Below, one piece after another: positions 7,953 to 17,027 of a stretch of DNA of 49,984 nt (the stretch's first letter is position 1; every line of letters starts with the position of its first letter). The position numbers and the translations under genes are program-made. Below the pieces are notes generated by a model that was not told the DNA's origin, searched no databases, and saw nothing but the letters and a program-made list of their open reading frames with translations. Location: the IMG/VR virus record IMGVR_UViG_3300025110_000020, positions 1-49,984 of that record; one strand, given 5' to 3'. This DNA is from a virus. Taxonomy: Duplodnaviria > Caudoviricetes.

Positions 7953-10290
7953 AATTGAATTCAGCGTCCACCCCACGCTGAAAGATAAGCCCAAAGTATG
8001 GGCTTCTTCTTTTGGGCAGAACTGGAACAGGAAGAAAGGAACTTTATTGGACTTACGTGAACACGTAGGTCATGGAGGTGCTTTCATACCAGCTGCGATG
8101 ATTTCCGGACATCGCAACAGTGCAGCATTTGATCACTCTGATTTAGCAGTGGTTGATATAGATAACGGTTTAACACTCGACGATCTAAAAGCTCACCCCC
8201 TCGCTCAAGTAACGGCATGGGTTTATACATCTGCTAGTCATAACCCAGCAGAAAATAAACATCGCTTCAGGGTTGTATTCCAATTACCACAAAGAATATC
8301 CGACGGAGAACTTTACCAATCCATCACAGGACTTCTTATACAATCATTAGGAGGGGATGCTAATTGCTCTGATCGTTGCAGGATTTTCTATGGCAATAGT
8401 CGTGCTCAACATCCTATTTGGCAGCCGAAAGCAATACTACCTCAATCTTTTATAGAAGATGCAGTCTCTCATGCGGCACGCCAACGTACCACTTATCATT
8501 CTCAATCAGCAGATGTAGATGAACATTCCATTAACCTTGCTGCTTACTGCCTCGAGCATGTACTGGAGCCAACCTCCGACGGAGAAAGAGATCAGTTTTG
8601 TAACATCACCAGAGCAGCCAGCACCGGTGGAGACTCATTGTTTTCCTACTGGTCCGATTGGGCATCCAGAGGACATCACGGAAAGGGAAAGAACTCTTCA
8701 CAAACCTCCGAGAAATTCTTCAGAGGATGGAGGGGGAGATCCCTCGCAACAATCTTTTGGGCTGCCGATACCCAACAACCCGGTTGGAGGAAGTCATTAC
8801 CTCCCGAACTAAGAGGAGGTACAGGAGATTTTAAGCTAGGCGTCTATGGAGATTCATTCGCTGGTTATGCACACGAAGATTTCTTGGGGGAGCCAGAGAA
8901 TGTCGAGCCAGTAGAACAATCCCAAGGTTTATTTGATAAGGAGAAGCCTTGGACTCAAATAGCGGTTATCGAAAAACCAAATGAAGAAACTGAACCGGCT
9001 GAAGTCTCTACATTTGACTATGAAGATGTTCCACCTCCTAGGCCAACGACAAGGAGGGAAGGTGATAATCAAGATTTAGTAGAGAGAATTAAAGACCTGC
9101 TCAATATTCAATACAACGGTCTGAGATTAAATTGCATGAGTCAGCAGTTAGTCTACGGACCAAAGGATCGTCCTAGGGAAATTCACGATATATCGCAGGC
9201 GTATGTTTATATTTCCAGAGGACAAGGACAAGTCTTCCCGAAGACATTAGTATTTGATCTCGCTGGAGTTATTGGCTATGAGAACAGATTTCACCCTGTT
9301 AAAACGTATTTGGAGCATTGTGCTGCTAGCTCTGATCCTTGCCCCTATTTTGATCGAATAGCTTCAGAGATCTTAGGGGTACCTAAGGATGACATTCAAA
9401 ATCCAATGATGCCAGACGGTAATCTCTTGGCAGATGTCATTATGAAAAGATTCTTAATTGGTGCAGTAGCTAGAGTCTTATCCCCTGGATGTCGCCATGA
9501 CTGGATGCCTATTCTCATTGGCAATCAAAACTGCGGTAAGACTACCTTCTTCCAATATCTAACACCTCCATCAGTAGAGGATCTAGGTACTTATCCTTGG
9601 GTCGTAACCATGCAGCAAGGAATCGAATACCTCAAAGAGAAACCTCATGCTTTACATGCAGGATTTATTGTTGTCATGGATGAGTTCGAACGTTACTGCA
9701 AACGAAAGTATTCAGAAGAATTAAAGAATCTCATTTCAGTATCAGTCGATAGGTCTGCAAGGAAATATGAGAACGAGAAGTCTTACCCTCGTGCATTTGT
9801 TTTAGGAGGTGCGACTAACAACACAGACTTCCTCTGCGATCCAACAGGTAATCGTAGGTTTATGCCAATAGTTGTTAAGGGCAAGGTTCCTTCTAAAGAG
9901 AACCCCGACCTAAAGATTATTGATTTAGATCGTCTTAAGCAAGACCGCAACTCTATTTGGGCTGCAGCTTACAGGGCTTACTTAGATAATCCAGTGCATG
10001 TGTTCTCTAGCTATGAGCTAAGTCATATTGCTGACTATCAAGATTCATTCACTAGAGATACTCCTATAGATGCAGTCGTTACTAGGGCAGTAGACGAGAA
10101 TAGTAGTGGCTATCATAACGGCCACAAGTATATTATCCTTGCTGATTTGTTTAGTTGGATAGATATTAATGTTGCTCAACAAGGACAAATGAATATTCCT
10201 GTTACTGATTGCTTAAAAAGATTAGGTTATAAACCAAAGAGAATCAAAAGAAATACTAAAAGTCAACGAGTTTGGATCGAAGAAATCTGA
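7945..10290 (+). CDS. Primase-helicase (AEP-like primase + PriCT-like + VirE/VapE helicase)
   Basis: VDID, YTSASH, RFRVVF; Walker A GNQNCGKTT, Walker B VVMDE, GATNN, DPTGNRRF. Confidence 0.92.
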   Translation: MYKIEFSVHPTLKDKPKVWASSFGQNWNRKKGTLLDLREHVGHGGAFIPAAMISGHRNSAAFDHSDLAVVDIDNGLTLDDLKAHPLAQVTAWVYTSASHNPAENKHRFRVVFQLPQRISDGELYQSITGLLIQSLGGDANCSDRCRIFYGNSRAQHPIWQPKAILPQSFIEDAVSHAARQRTTYHSQSADVDEHSINLAAYCLEHVLEPTSDGERDQFCNITRAASTGGDSLFSYWSDWASRGHHGKGKNSSQTSEKFFRGWRGRSLATIFWAADTQQPGWRKSLPPELRGGTGDFKLGVYGDSFAGYAHEDFLGEPENVEPVEQSQGLFDKEKPWTQIAVIEKPNEETEPAEVSTFDYEDVPPPRPTTRREGDNQDLVERIKDLLNIQYNGLRLNCMSQQLVYGPKDRPREIHDISQAYVYISRGQGQVFPKTLVFDLAGVIGYENRFHPVKTYLEHCAASSDPCPYFDRIASEILGVPKDDIQNPMMPDGNLLADVIMKRFLIGAVARVLSPGCRHDWMPILIGNQNCGKTTFFQYLTPPSVEDLGTYPWVVTMQQGIEYLKEKPHALHAGFIVVMDEFERYCKRKYSEELKNLISVSVDRSARKYENEKSYPRAFVLGGATNNTDFLCDPTGNRRFMPIVVKGKVPSKENPDLKIIDLDRLKQDRNSIWAAAYRAYLDNPVHVFSSYELSHIADYQDSFTRDTPIDAVVTRAVDENSSGYHNGHKYIILADLFSWIDINVAQQGQMNIPVTDCLKRLGYKPKRIKRNTKSQRVWIEEI

Positions 10291-10323
10291 GACTCTCAAG
10301 ATTAGATAAATAAATCTCAACTT

Positions 10324-10359
10324 AAGACTGCTGATATAACTCAATCGGCGGTCTTTTTT
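10324..10359 (+). terminator. Intrinsic terminator
   Basis: AAGACTGCTGAT-loop-ATCGGCGGTCTT followed by TTTT. Confidence 0.75.
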
Positions 10360-10366
10360 AATGAGG

Positions 10367-10605
10367 CCCTGACACCGAAAGTACCAGGGTCTTTTCTTAT
10401 TGCTTGTTCTGCTGGAATAAGTCTCATTAAGAAGACCAGGGGTGACACCTTTTTCAAGAACCTCTATTAGGAAGATTAAAAGTTTTTCACTTTTTAGAAG
10501 TCCTAGTATTTACATATGTGAAGAAATTAGTTATAAAGAATTAAGAAGAGAAGAATATACTTAAAAAAGTTTATATACACCCCGTCACCCCCGGCACCCT
10601 GGTAC
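10367..10605. other. Putative replication origin
   Basis: AT-rich core flanked by inverted GTACCAGGGT (10381-10390)/ACCCTGGTAC (10596-10605) and GACACC/GTCACCCC repeats, just after the primase-helicase. Confidence 0.5.
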
Positions 10606-10606
10606 T

Positions 10607-10906
10607 ATGACCCATCCTATGCTCAATTCTGACAAAGATATTGTTAGTCGGCTAGCATCTAAACCACTAGAAGAATTGACCAATGAAGACATTGTTAATG
10701 CAGCCAGACTTCTTATTCGTTATGACGGCGTACCTAGCGGTGAAGATCTTCGAGGTGATATTGTCTTGGCCCTTCATAACTGGAACAAAACTCCCAATCA
10801 ACTTCATATCAAAGCAAGAGAAATCTGGCAAAGCGGGTGGAGGCCCGGACAGCTCGATGATGACGAAATAGGTTCAGGAGCTGATGTTAATGCAGGGTTA
10901 TCTTGA
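10607..10906 (+). CDS. DUF3288 family protein (cyanobacterial host-like)
   Basis: HP...DKDIVSRL...ARLLIRYDG.P...AREIWQSG. Confidence 0.8.
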   Translation: MTHPMLNSDKDIVSRLASKPLEELTNEDIVNAARLLIRYDGVPSGEDLRGDIVLALHNWNKTPNQLHIKAREIWQSGWRPGQLDDDEIGSGADVNAGLS

Positions 10907-11089
10907 AAATAATATATAACTAATAGAATTCGGGTGGTCGTGGACAAAAGGAACGTCTTCCATTACTACGGTACGTGCTTCGTAAGCGTCTCTTGCGTAG
11001 GTACAGACTTCAATTCTTTGTTGTCTGTCGTCTTTGTAACCGACAGTGTAATGATCTGATGATGCCATAATCACTGGACATATATTCAA
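10898..11089 (-). CDS. Conserved cyanophage hypothetical protein
   Basis: HYTVGY.D...EVC.YA.DAYEA...EDVPF..HP.SI pattern. Confidence 0.7.
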   Translation of the reverse strand: MNICPVIMASSDHYTVGYKDDRQQRIEVCTYARDAYEARTVVMEDVPFVHDHPNSISYILFSR

Positions 11090-11137
11090 AGTCTAGTGAT
11101 ACCAAGGCTTATGAGCCAATGCTCATATCTTGTTCTG

Positions 11138-11323
11138 CTAACAGCTCTTCCTGCTCAAATGTTCTTCAGGTCGTCCCATCGACTTGTATTCCAATTGTTC
11201 CTCTAAGAATTTAATATGCTCTGTCTTACCTTTAAGTTCGTCTTCAAGTTCTTCAATGTGGTCTTGATAGACAGTAATCATTTGTTCACTAGATAAAAGT
11301 TTGGTTTCGAGTTCCCAGTCCAC
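11138..11323 (-). CDS. Coiled-coil hypothetical protein
   Basis: MDWELE...QLEYKSMGRP. Confidence 0.65.
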   Translation of the reverse strand: MDWELETKLLSSEQMITVYQDHIEELEDELKGKTEHIKFLEEQLEYKSMGRPEEHLSRKSC

Positions 11324-11545
11324 TCATCTGCGCCCCCGAAGAGGAGTTTCCAGTTTCCTGATTCTCACTTCATGATCCTTGATATCTTCTCTTAACATTA
11401 CTATATCCTTAGAGAGTTCGGATCTAAGTAATTTTACTTCTTTTAAGATTGCTTCCATTCCAGTCTTCATGCTCCCATGAGTGAATGCAATCCTCCACAA
11501 GGCACCAGCCGAGGCTATTCCAATAATGGCGGTAACTTCTAACAA
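11324..11545 (-). CDS. TM + coiled-coil small protein
   Basis: N-terminal hydrophobic helix, HEVRIRKLE coiled coil; GAGG RBS. Confidence 0.65.
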   Translation of the reverse strand: MLEVTAIIGIASAGALWRIAFTHGSMKTGMEAILKEVKLLRSELSKDIVMLREDIKDHEVRIRKLETPLRGRR

Positions 11546-11576
11546 GTGACACCTCTGTCCTACATCTACATTCTAT

Positions 11577-12083
11577 ATGACTTCTCTTAAACCCCCAAAA
11601 TCACCACATCATTGGGATCAACGTTTCCTGTACGCAGCGAGAATGTTTGCAGGGTGGTCTAAAGATCCAAGTACAAAAGTTGGAGCTATAGCAGTACGAG
11701 ACAGGAGAATTTTAGTTCAAGGATATAACGGTCTCCCTGTCGGTATTACTGACTCAGACACAAGGCTCAAGAACAGAGACACTCGGCTAAGCTTGACAGT
11801 TCATGCAGAAATGAATTGTGTTGCCTATGCCTCACGTAATGGAGTTTGTCTGTCAGGAGCAACTATGTACATTTGGCCATTCATGGCTTGCAGTCAATGC
11901 GCTGCTATTTTAATCCAAGCTGATATTGGCAAGATAGTAATACCAGACTATGTAGAGCCTTATCGTTGGCAAGAATCATTCGATAAAGCTAGAGAAATGT
12001 GTGTAGAAGCTGGTGTTTCCGTTCACAAAATTCCAATGGAAGGTGATATAGACGAGGTTGAACATTCTGTCACTGAAGATTAA
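11577..12083 (+). CDS. dCMP deaminase
   Basis: SKDPSTKVGA, GYNG, HAEMN, CSQC zinc motifs. Confidence 0.93.
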   Translation: MTSLKPPKSPHHWDQRFLYAARMFAGWSKDPSTKVGAIAVRDRRILVQGYNGLPVGITDSDTRLKNRDTRLSLTVHAEMNCVAYASRNGVCLSGATMYIWPFMACSQCAAILIQADIGKIVIPDYVEPYRWQESFDKAREMCVEAGVSVHKIPMEGDIDEVEHSVTED

Positions 12084-12118
12084 ACTATCGTAACAATTGA
12101 ATAAACGTTCTTAGGAGA

Positions 12119-12343
12119 ATGTCGGAATTGAAATTGGGTCATCGAGTCACCAACCAATTAGATGGTAGGGATGGATTTATTGTTAGTGCGCCATATAATA
12201 AACTCGTTCCTGTTGCTATAGAACAAAGTACACGAAAAGAGTTGTGGCCAGAAAGCCAAGTAAAACTCAAACCTAAAAGAGATCAACTCATAGCAATGGG
12301 CGGCAAATATAAAGCACCTCCAGGTTTTCCTCTAAATATTTGA
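12119..12343 (+). CDS. Hypothetical protein (SH3-like beta pattern)
   Basis: 74 aa, AGGAG RBS. Confidence 0.65.
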   Translation: MSELKLGHRVTNQLDGRDGFIVSAPYNKLVPVAIEQSTRKELWPESQVKLKPKRDQLIAMGGKYKAPPGFPLNI

Positions 12344-12344
12344 T

Positions 12345-13028
12345 ATGGCTCAGTGGGCAATTCCTCCGAAACTCCACTCTACAACTGAAGGTGGTCCGTT
12401 ATGTTTTCATGCAGATCACAATATTGGATCTAAAGATGGAAGAATTCCACGATACAACGATAGTCATGCCTGCGTTAGATGTGTCAGTGCTTTAACTGAA
12501 GGAAGACTCGGACTCGATGTCCATCGTATTGAAAGAAAATACAGACGTAGATTCTTAGAGTTTTGGTCTTTTGTAGAGATCAGAGGCCCTAATGAATGCT
12601 GGCCATGGAGGGGTAAATATCATTCAAGATCTAACTCAAGTTATTTTCCTATACCTAGGCATTGGGGATCAGGTAGACAATATTCTGCTCCTAGGGTTGC
12701 TGCTTGGTTCACTTGGGGAGACGTAGGTCGTCTACCTATCAAGCCTGTTTGTGGAGATAACAACTGTTGCAACCCCTTGCATCTCAGGATTAAAGGAGTC
12801 CCTCATTATTTTCATGACAGGCACATGCAAATCATGGATCTAGAGTTCAGCTCCAATAAACTATGCGGTGAAACTCAACTCTTCTTGGAAACAACTTACG
12901 ATAAAGATCCTAAAAGATTTGAACAAATCCAAAAAGCTAATAAGATTTGGATAGATTTCAGGCTCGCTGCTAATGGTCCTGTGGATCCTTTGAGTATTCA
13001 CTCCCTTAAGTCCAAGTTAAAGGAATGA
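12345..13028 (+). CDS. His-Cys-type HNH endonuclease-like protein, probably inactive
   Basis: ECWPWRG, APRVAAW, KPVCGDNNCCNPLHL; N-terminal C..H...RY...CVRC finger. Confidence 0.75.
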   Translation: MAQWAIPPKLHSTTEGGPLCFHADHNIGSKDGRIPRYNDSHACVRCVSALTEGRLGLDVHRIERKYRRRFLEFWSFVEIRGPNECWPWRGKYHSRSNSSYFPIPRHWGSGRQYSAPRVAAWFTWGDVGRLPIKPVCGDNNCCNPLHLRIKGVPHYFHDRHMQIMDLEFSSNKLCGETQLFLETTYDKDPKRFEQIQKANKIWIDFRLAANGPVDPLSIHSLKSKLKE

Positions 13029-13060
13029 ATTAATATATAGGTATTGATTAGAGATTCCAA

Positions 13061-14029
13061 ATGTCTTTTAACGCCAAGCCCGGCCCGAATATTAGTAACT
13101 CTGATTGGTCAACTCACAGTTGGAATAAAGGCGGTATACGTGGTAACTATCAAGACTATAGAGACCTGATTGGCGGCGACATACTCTCAGGGTATGGCGA
13201 CGATAACATATTTTCTAGAGACGAATTAAATGCAATAACCAATACAAAATACGATATTCGCGGAGATGGTAGGGCTCCACATACTGGTAATTATTTTGAT
13301 CAAGGAGCAGCTACTCAAGATGCAATTGCTCGCTTAATAACTACAAAAGGAATCACAACAACTGATGACATCCTTCAACAGTATGGTTTAAGGCAGGATC
13401 AAGCAACTGGAGATATTATTTCTAGTGCAGGTTACAATCACAGCGCGTTTGGTTCAGGTGCAGGAAATGAGGCTACTTGGGAAGGCTATGGTTCCAAGGC
13501 CGACTTTGGTGGTTCACATTACTCTTATGGTGATTTCGAAGATGGAAAGATTCCTACATGGAGGTATAAGTATTCTGGCGATTGGACTCCACCTGAGACC
13601 ACGCCTAAAACTCCTGCTCCACCATATGAAACTCCTGACGATCTGATTAAAGAAAAGGCAGAGTGGGAAGCAGCAACACAACCTAAAGGTCCTAAGGTAG
13701 GAGACTTCGGATGGGATCAAGACACATTACCTATAACAGTTGGTGATCTCTTTGGGGATAAACCAGGAGGCAGACTTGGTGTGGATCGCGATGAAGCAGA
13801 ACGCTATGGCAGTATTCCTTTTGTTACAGCTGGTCAGTACTACGGGAACTTAGATCGTCCTAATACTAGATATGGATCTAAGTTTGGCGGAGGTGGAGGT
13901 GATGATAATTTTGTTGGACTACATAAGACTGGTAGCGATTCCTTCGGTGGTTTCCTGAAAGATAATAGTAAATTCAAGGGAGGCAAAACTCTCGCAACTA
14001 AGTTGTTAGATGAAATGAGTATCGGCTAG
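13061..14029 (+). CDS. Gly/Asp-rich hypothetical protein (possible virion protein)
   Basis: 322 aa ORF. Confidence 0.7.
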   Translation: MSFNAKPGPNISNSDWSTHSWNKGGIRGNYQDYRDLIGGDILSGYGDDNIFSRDELNAITNTKYDIRGDGRAPHTGNYFDQGAATQDAIARLITTKGITTTDDILQQYGLRQDQATGDIISSAGYNHSAFGSGAGNEATWEGYGSKADFGGSHYSYGDFEDGKIPTWRYKYSGDWTPPETTPKTPAPPYETPDDLIKEKAEWEAATQPKGPKVGDFGWDQDTLPITVGDLFGDKPGGRLGVDRDEAERYGSIPFVTAGQYYGNLDRPNTRYGSKFGGGGGDDNFVGLHKTGSDSFGGFLKDNSKFKGGKTLATKLLDEMSIG

Positions 14030-14084
14030 TTGACATATATACAAAGCAGTTAACATATAAGTATTAAGGTTTATTGCAAACGAG

Positions 14085-14915
14085 ATGTCAAGTTCCTCAC
14101 AAACTGCGCAAGAGAGAACGAAAGAGTGGATCAAACAAACCTATCGCGACGAATTAGGACGTGAGGCAGGGCAAGAAGGCTTGGACTATTGGTCTAAAGA
14201 TATACAGGGTGGTGCAACCAGAGATGAAGTCTTAGCTAATATTCGTCGCAGTGACGAGAAATGGCTTGGTGATACCTACAAGAAAGAACTTGGCAGAGAC
14301 TTAGGAGATGAAGGTAGAAATTGGTGGATGGGAGATCTTCGTGGTAAGGGTTCAGGAAAGGAAGACTTGACTTATGGATCAGATAGACCTGTTCAAACTA
14401 GAGAACAAGTCTTGGCCAATATCAAAAGATCTGATGAATGGAAAGCTCGCCAAGATCCAGGTGGTGATCCAGGTGGTGATCCAGGTGGTGACCCGGGTGG
14501 AGATCCAGGTGGAGACCCTGGCGGGGATCCTGGTAGCGGCAACGGTGAGTATGAACCAGAAGATATTGATTGGACAAAATATAATCCCAATACCTTACCT
14601 AAATATCAAATAGATCCTAAATCTCCTGGTATTAGCGCAGCAGTGAGTTACGGTAATAGAGCGACTGATCATTTCTACAGTAAATTCTTGCCTAACTGGA
14701 AGAAGACTACTGATCTAGGAACTAGAGAAATAGGTAATTCCCTGCAGAAGACTATGTATGGTCTTGGTAATTGGGAAGATCCTAGTACCCCTGACGACAG
14801 GAGCGATGATGTTCTTACTGGATTAAAGATTACTGTTCCTGACTACGAAGATCCTAAAGACTTGTTTGATTACTATTACGACAAGTTATACGGCGACGAC
14901 GCAAGAAAAGAATAA
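14085..14915 (+). CDS. DUF4214-like repeat protein with DPGG tract
   Basis: Two Y...LGR..D..G..YW units; (DPGG)6. Confidence 0.75.
   Translation: MSSSSQTAQERTKEWIKQTYRDELGREAGQEGLDYWSKDIQGGATRDEVLANIRRSDEKWLGDTYKKELGRDLGDEGRNWWMGDLRGKGSGKEDLTYGSDRPVQTREQVLANIKRSDEWKARQDPGGDPGGDPGGDPGGDPGGDPGGDPGSGNGEYEPEDIDWTKYNPNTLPKYQIDPKSPGISAAVSYGNRATDHFYSKFLPNWKKTTDLGTREIGNSLQKTMYGLGNWEDPSTPDDRSDDVLTGLKITVPDYEDPKDLFDYYYDKLYGDDARKE
14454..14534 (+). repeat. 12-bp coding tandem repeat (DPGG)
   Basis: GATCCAGGTGGT-like unit, about 7 copies with synonymous variation. Confidence 0.9.
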
Positions 14916-15012
14916 TTGTCATCGTAATAAAAATTAATATTGCTTGACTAGGTATATATTGCATTCATAGGAGTTTTTAACTATCTTTGACAAGATGGTT
15001 GAATTACATTAA

Positions 15013-15780
15013 GTGGCTACTGTTCCTTTTGAATCGTCTTCGGTTAAGAAGATATCTGCAACTGAGATGCCACAACGTTTAGTCTATACAGCCCTATTCA
15101 CTGCTCGTTTCGGAGGTTTCCTTACAGAAGAAGAACGTCAGGAGGCTGAAGAACAACAGTATTCAGAAGATGCATGTGGTCGTCTAGTTTCAGATCACTA
15201 CAGGAATACCAGTCATAGGTCTCCTACATGGATGATGTATTCCTTCTTGGAGCACCCATCTATATCTTTTCAAATAAGAGCAGATCATCGTACCTTATAT
15301 GAATTAGCTTTGGAAAGTAATGACATAGTTTTCGCAAATCAACCTCTAGAAGAAGTAGGAGAAGAGACTCAGATAGCTATCCACGAGAAGGATCTACCTC
15401 TAGAGACACTATTCAACGTGAGGCCAGTAGGAAATTACCCAGATCATAAAGGTAATAGGCATCCATGGAGTGAAGACGACAGGGAAGATCAATTATCATT
15501 TGGATTATCTACAGCAATTGACTATAAAACTAAGACTGATGCAGGTGTGTCCAGTCAGCAAGCAACGCAATGGTTGACTATGAATATATTGCAAAACTCA
15601 ATAGCTTCAGGTAGTCTGCGTGCATGGCTACAACTGCTAGACAGTCATGCCAGATCTCATAAAACATATGAGATGAAATCTGTGGTTTCTAAAATCTCGG
15701 ATCAGATTCAGATTTGGATTCCAGAAATCTACAGCTGGTGGTCATCGCAACATCGATCTAAATTAGACCTTAGAGTTTGA
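15013..15780 (+). CDS. ThyX (flavin-dependent thymidylate synthase) homolog lacking the catalytic motif
   Basis: PQRLVY, LEHPSISF, LETLFNVRPVGNYPD.KG, SLRAWLQLLD, WIPEIYSWW match cyanobacterial ThyX; RTHR...QSMRY is replaced by LESN...QPLEE. Confidence 0.8.
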   Translation: MATVPFESSSVKKISATEMPQRLVYTALFTARFGGFLTEEERQEAEEQQYSEDACGRLVSDHYRNTSHRSPTWMMYSFLEHPSISFQIRADHRTLYELALESNDIVFANQPLEEVGEETQIAIHEKDLPLETLFNVRPVGNYPDHKGNRHPWSEDDREDQLSFGLSTAIDYKTKTDAGVSSQQATQWLTMNILQNSIASGSLRAWLQLLDSHARSHKTYEMKSVVSKISDQIQIWIPEIYSWWSSQHRSKLDLRV

Positions 15781-15781
15781 C

Positions 15782-15964
15782 ATGAAAAAATTAATAGAGG
15801 TTACACGTCTACATGATGGATGTAGTGACTTGATTGATGAATTACAGAAAGATAAAGCAATGCATCAATATCTACCGTACGCACGCGCTATAGAAGAAGC
15901 AGCAGATCAATTACTAGTAGATTTCCAACGCATTTATGTAAATGGCAAGACCACAGCCGGTTGA
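15782..15964 (+). CDS. Hypothetical protein
   Basis: 60 aa, coupled. Confidence 0.6.
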   Translation: MKKLIEVTRLHDGCSDLIDELQKDKAMHQYLPYARAIEEAADQLLVDFQRIYVNGKTTAG

Positions 15965-16388
15965 ACTATTAGTTAAATTCTTCCCTGAACTAGTAGACAA
16001 AACAGTTGCTTCTTCCAATAAAGAAGCTTCAAAAGAATTGAATGTCAGAATTTGTGAAGCAATAATGTCTGACATGATTAGACATTTTGATAATATTAGA
16101 AGCTACTTAGGCGATGGAGCAATCATATTAAACCTTCTATCTGAACACGTACAAGACAGATCTAATTATGTGAATGCATATATGATGGAACAGGATTTGA
16201 AAGACGCAGAAGAAAATAAAGATTCAACTGTTATCGAATTCTGCAAAGACGCTTTGGAGATATTTGATAGTACAGATTTCGATAAAGAGATCTGTTTTAT
16301 TTTGCTGGATAATTCTGGTGGCTCCATATTAAAGCTACCTAGAGAGCAACCTGCAAAGAGAATCCAATCCATGATGGATGATTTATAG
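15942..16388 (+). CDS. Hypothetical protein
   Basis: 148 aa, coupled. Confidence 0.7.
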   Translation: MARPQPVELLVKFFPELVDKTVASSNKEASKELNVRICEAIMSDMIRHFDNIRSYLGDGAIILNLLSEHVQDRSNYVNAYMMEQDLKDAEENKDSTVIEFCKDALEIFDSTDFDKEICFILLDNSGGSILKLPREQPAKRIQSMMDDL

Positions 16389-17027
16389 ATGCAAGAACTT
16401 CGAGCTGTAGAACGGCCTGATAAATGTAATTTAGCTCCGCCGATAAATGTCGTTCAAGCTGCTCGATCAGTCTTAGGTTCTATTGACCTTGATCCTTATT
16501 CGACAAAAGATATTAATCGATTAGTAGAAGCTGCTAGATATTACGACCGAGATGAAATGTCTCTAGAAGATATCATTCATAGACATTGGGAAGTGCCTGG
16601 AGAGAAACGTGTATTCGTGGGAGCTCCTACAGGTGCGGCTCTGACAAGAAGATTACTTAATAAAACACTACATGAATATAGAGCAGGCTCTATTAATCAC
16701 GCAATCCTTTGGGTTGCACATAATGAAGCCTTGATAAGGTCACCATGGGTTTGGGACTTTCCTATCTGTATTCCATTCAGGAGATTAAGACCAACTTGGT
16801 GGGATGATGAATTAGAAGTCTTCAGAGGAGTGGCACCTTCTAATTGGTCCGCTATTGTTTATCTTCCTCCACCAGAGTCACATCAACAATTTGATGCGAT
16901 GGTTTCTAGATTCCATACTGCATTCAATCCTTTAGGTCGAATAGTATTCAACGAATACAGTGGCAATAATGATTGGGAAAAATCTTATCAAGTCACGTTA
17001 AAAAAAGCATATAATTATAAATCCTAA
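16389..17027 (+). CDS. Phage N6-adenine DNA methyltransferase homolog lacking NPPY
   Basis: AARSVLGSIDLDPYS SAM-binding region; RVFVGAPTG in place of RVFLNPPY. Confidence 0.75.
   Translation: MQELRAVERPDKCNLAPPINVVQAARSVLGSIDLDPYSTKDINRLVEAARYYDRDEMSLEDIIHRHWEVPGEKRVFVGAPTGAALTRRLLNKTLHEYRAGSINHAILWVAHNEALIRSPWVWDFPICIPFRRLRPTWWDDELEVFRGVAPSNWSAIVYLPPPESHQQFDAMVSRFHTAFNPLGRIVFNEYSGNNDWEKSYQVTLKKAYNYKS

Noticed and set aside
14454-14534. Short tandem repeats as a CRISPR array
   Set aside because: 12-bp in-frame coding repeats with no spacers; no cas operon. The PD-(D/E)XK nuclease is a stand-alone replication-type enzyme.
15942-16388. Similarity to the carboxysome chaperone CcmS
   Set aside because: Only a vague pattern resemblance; cannot be supported without a profile search.
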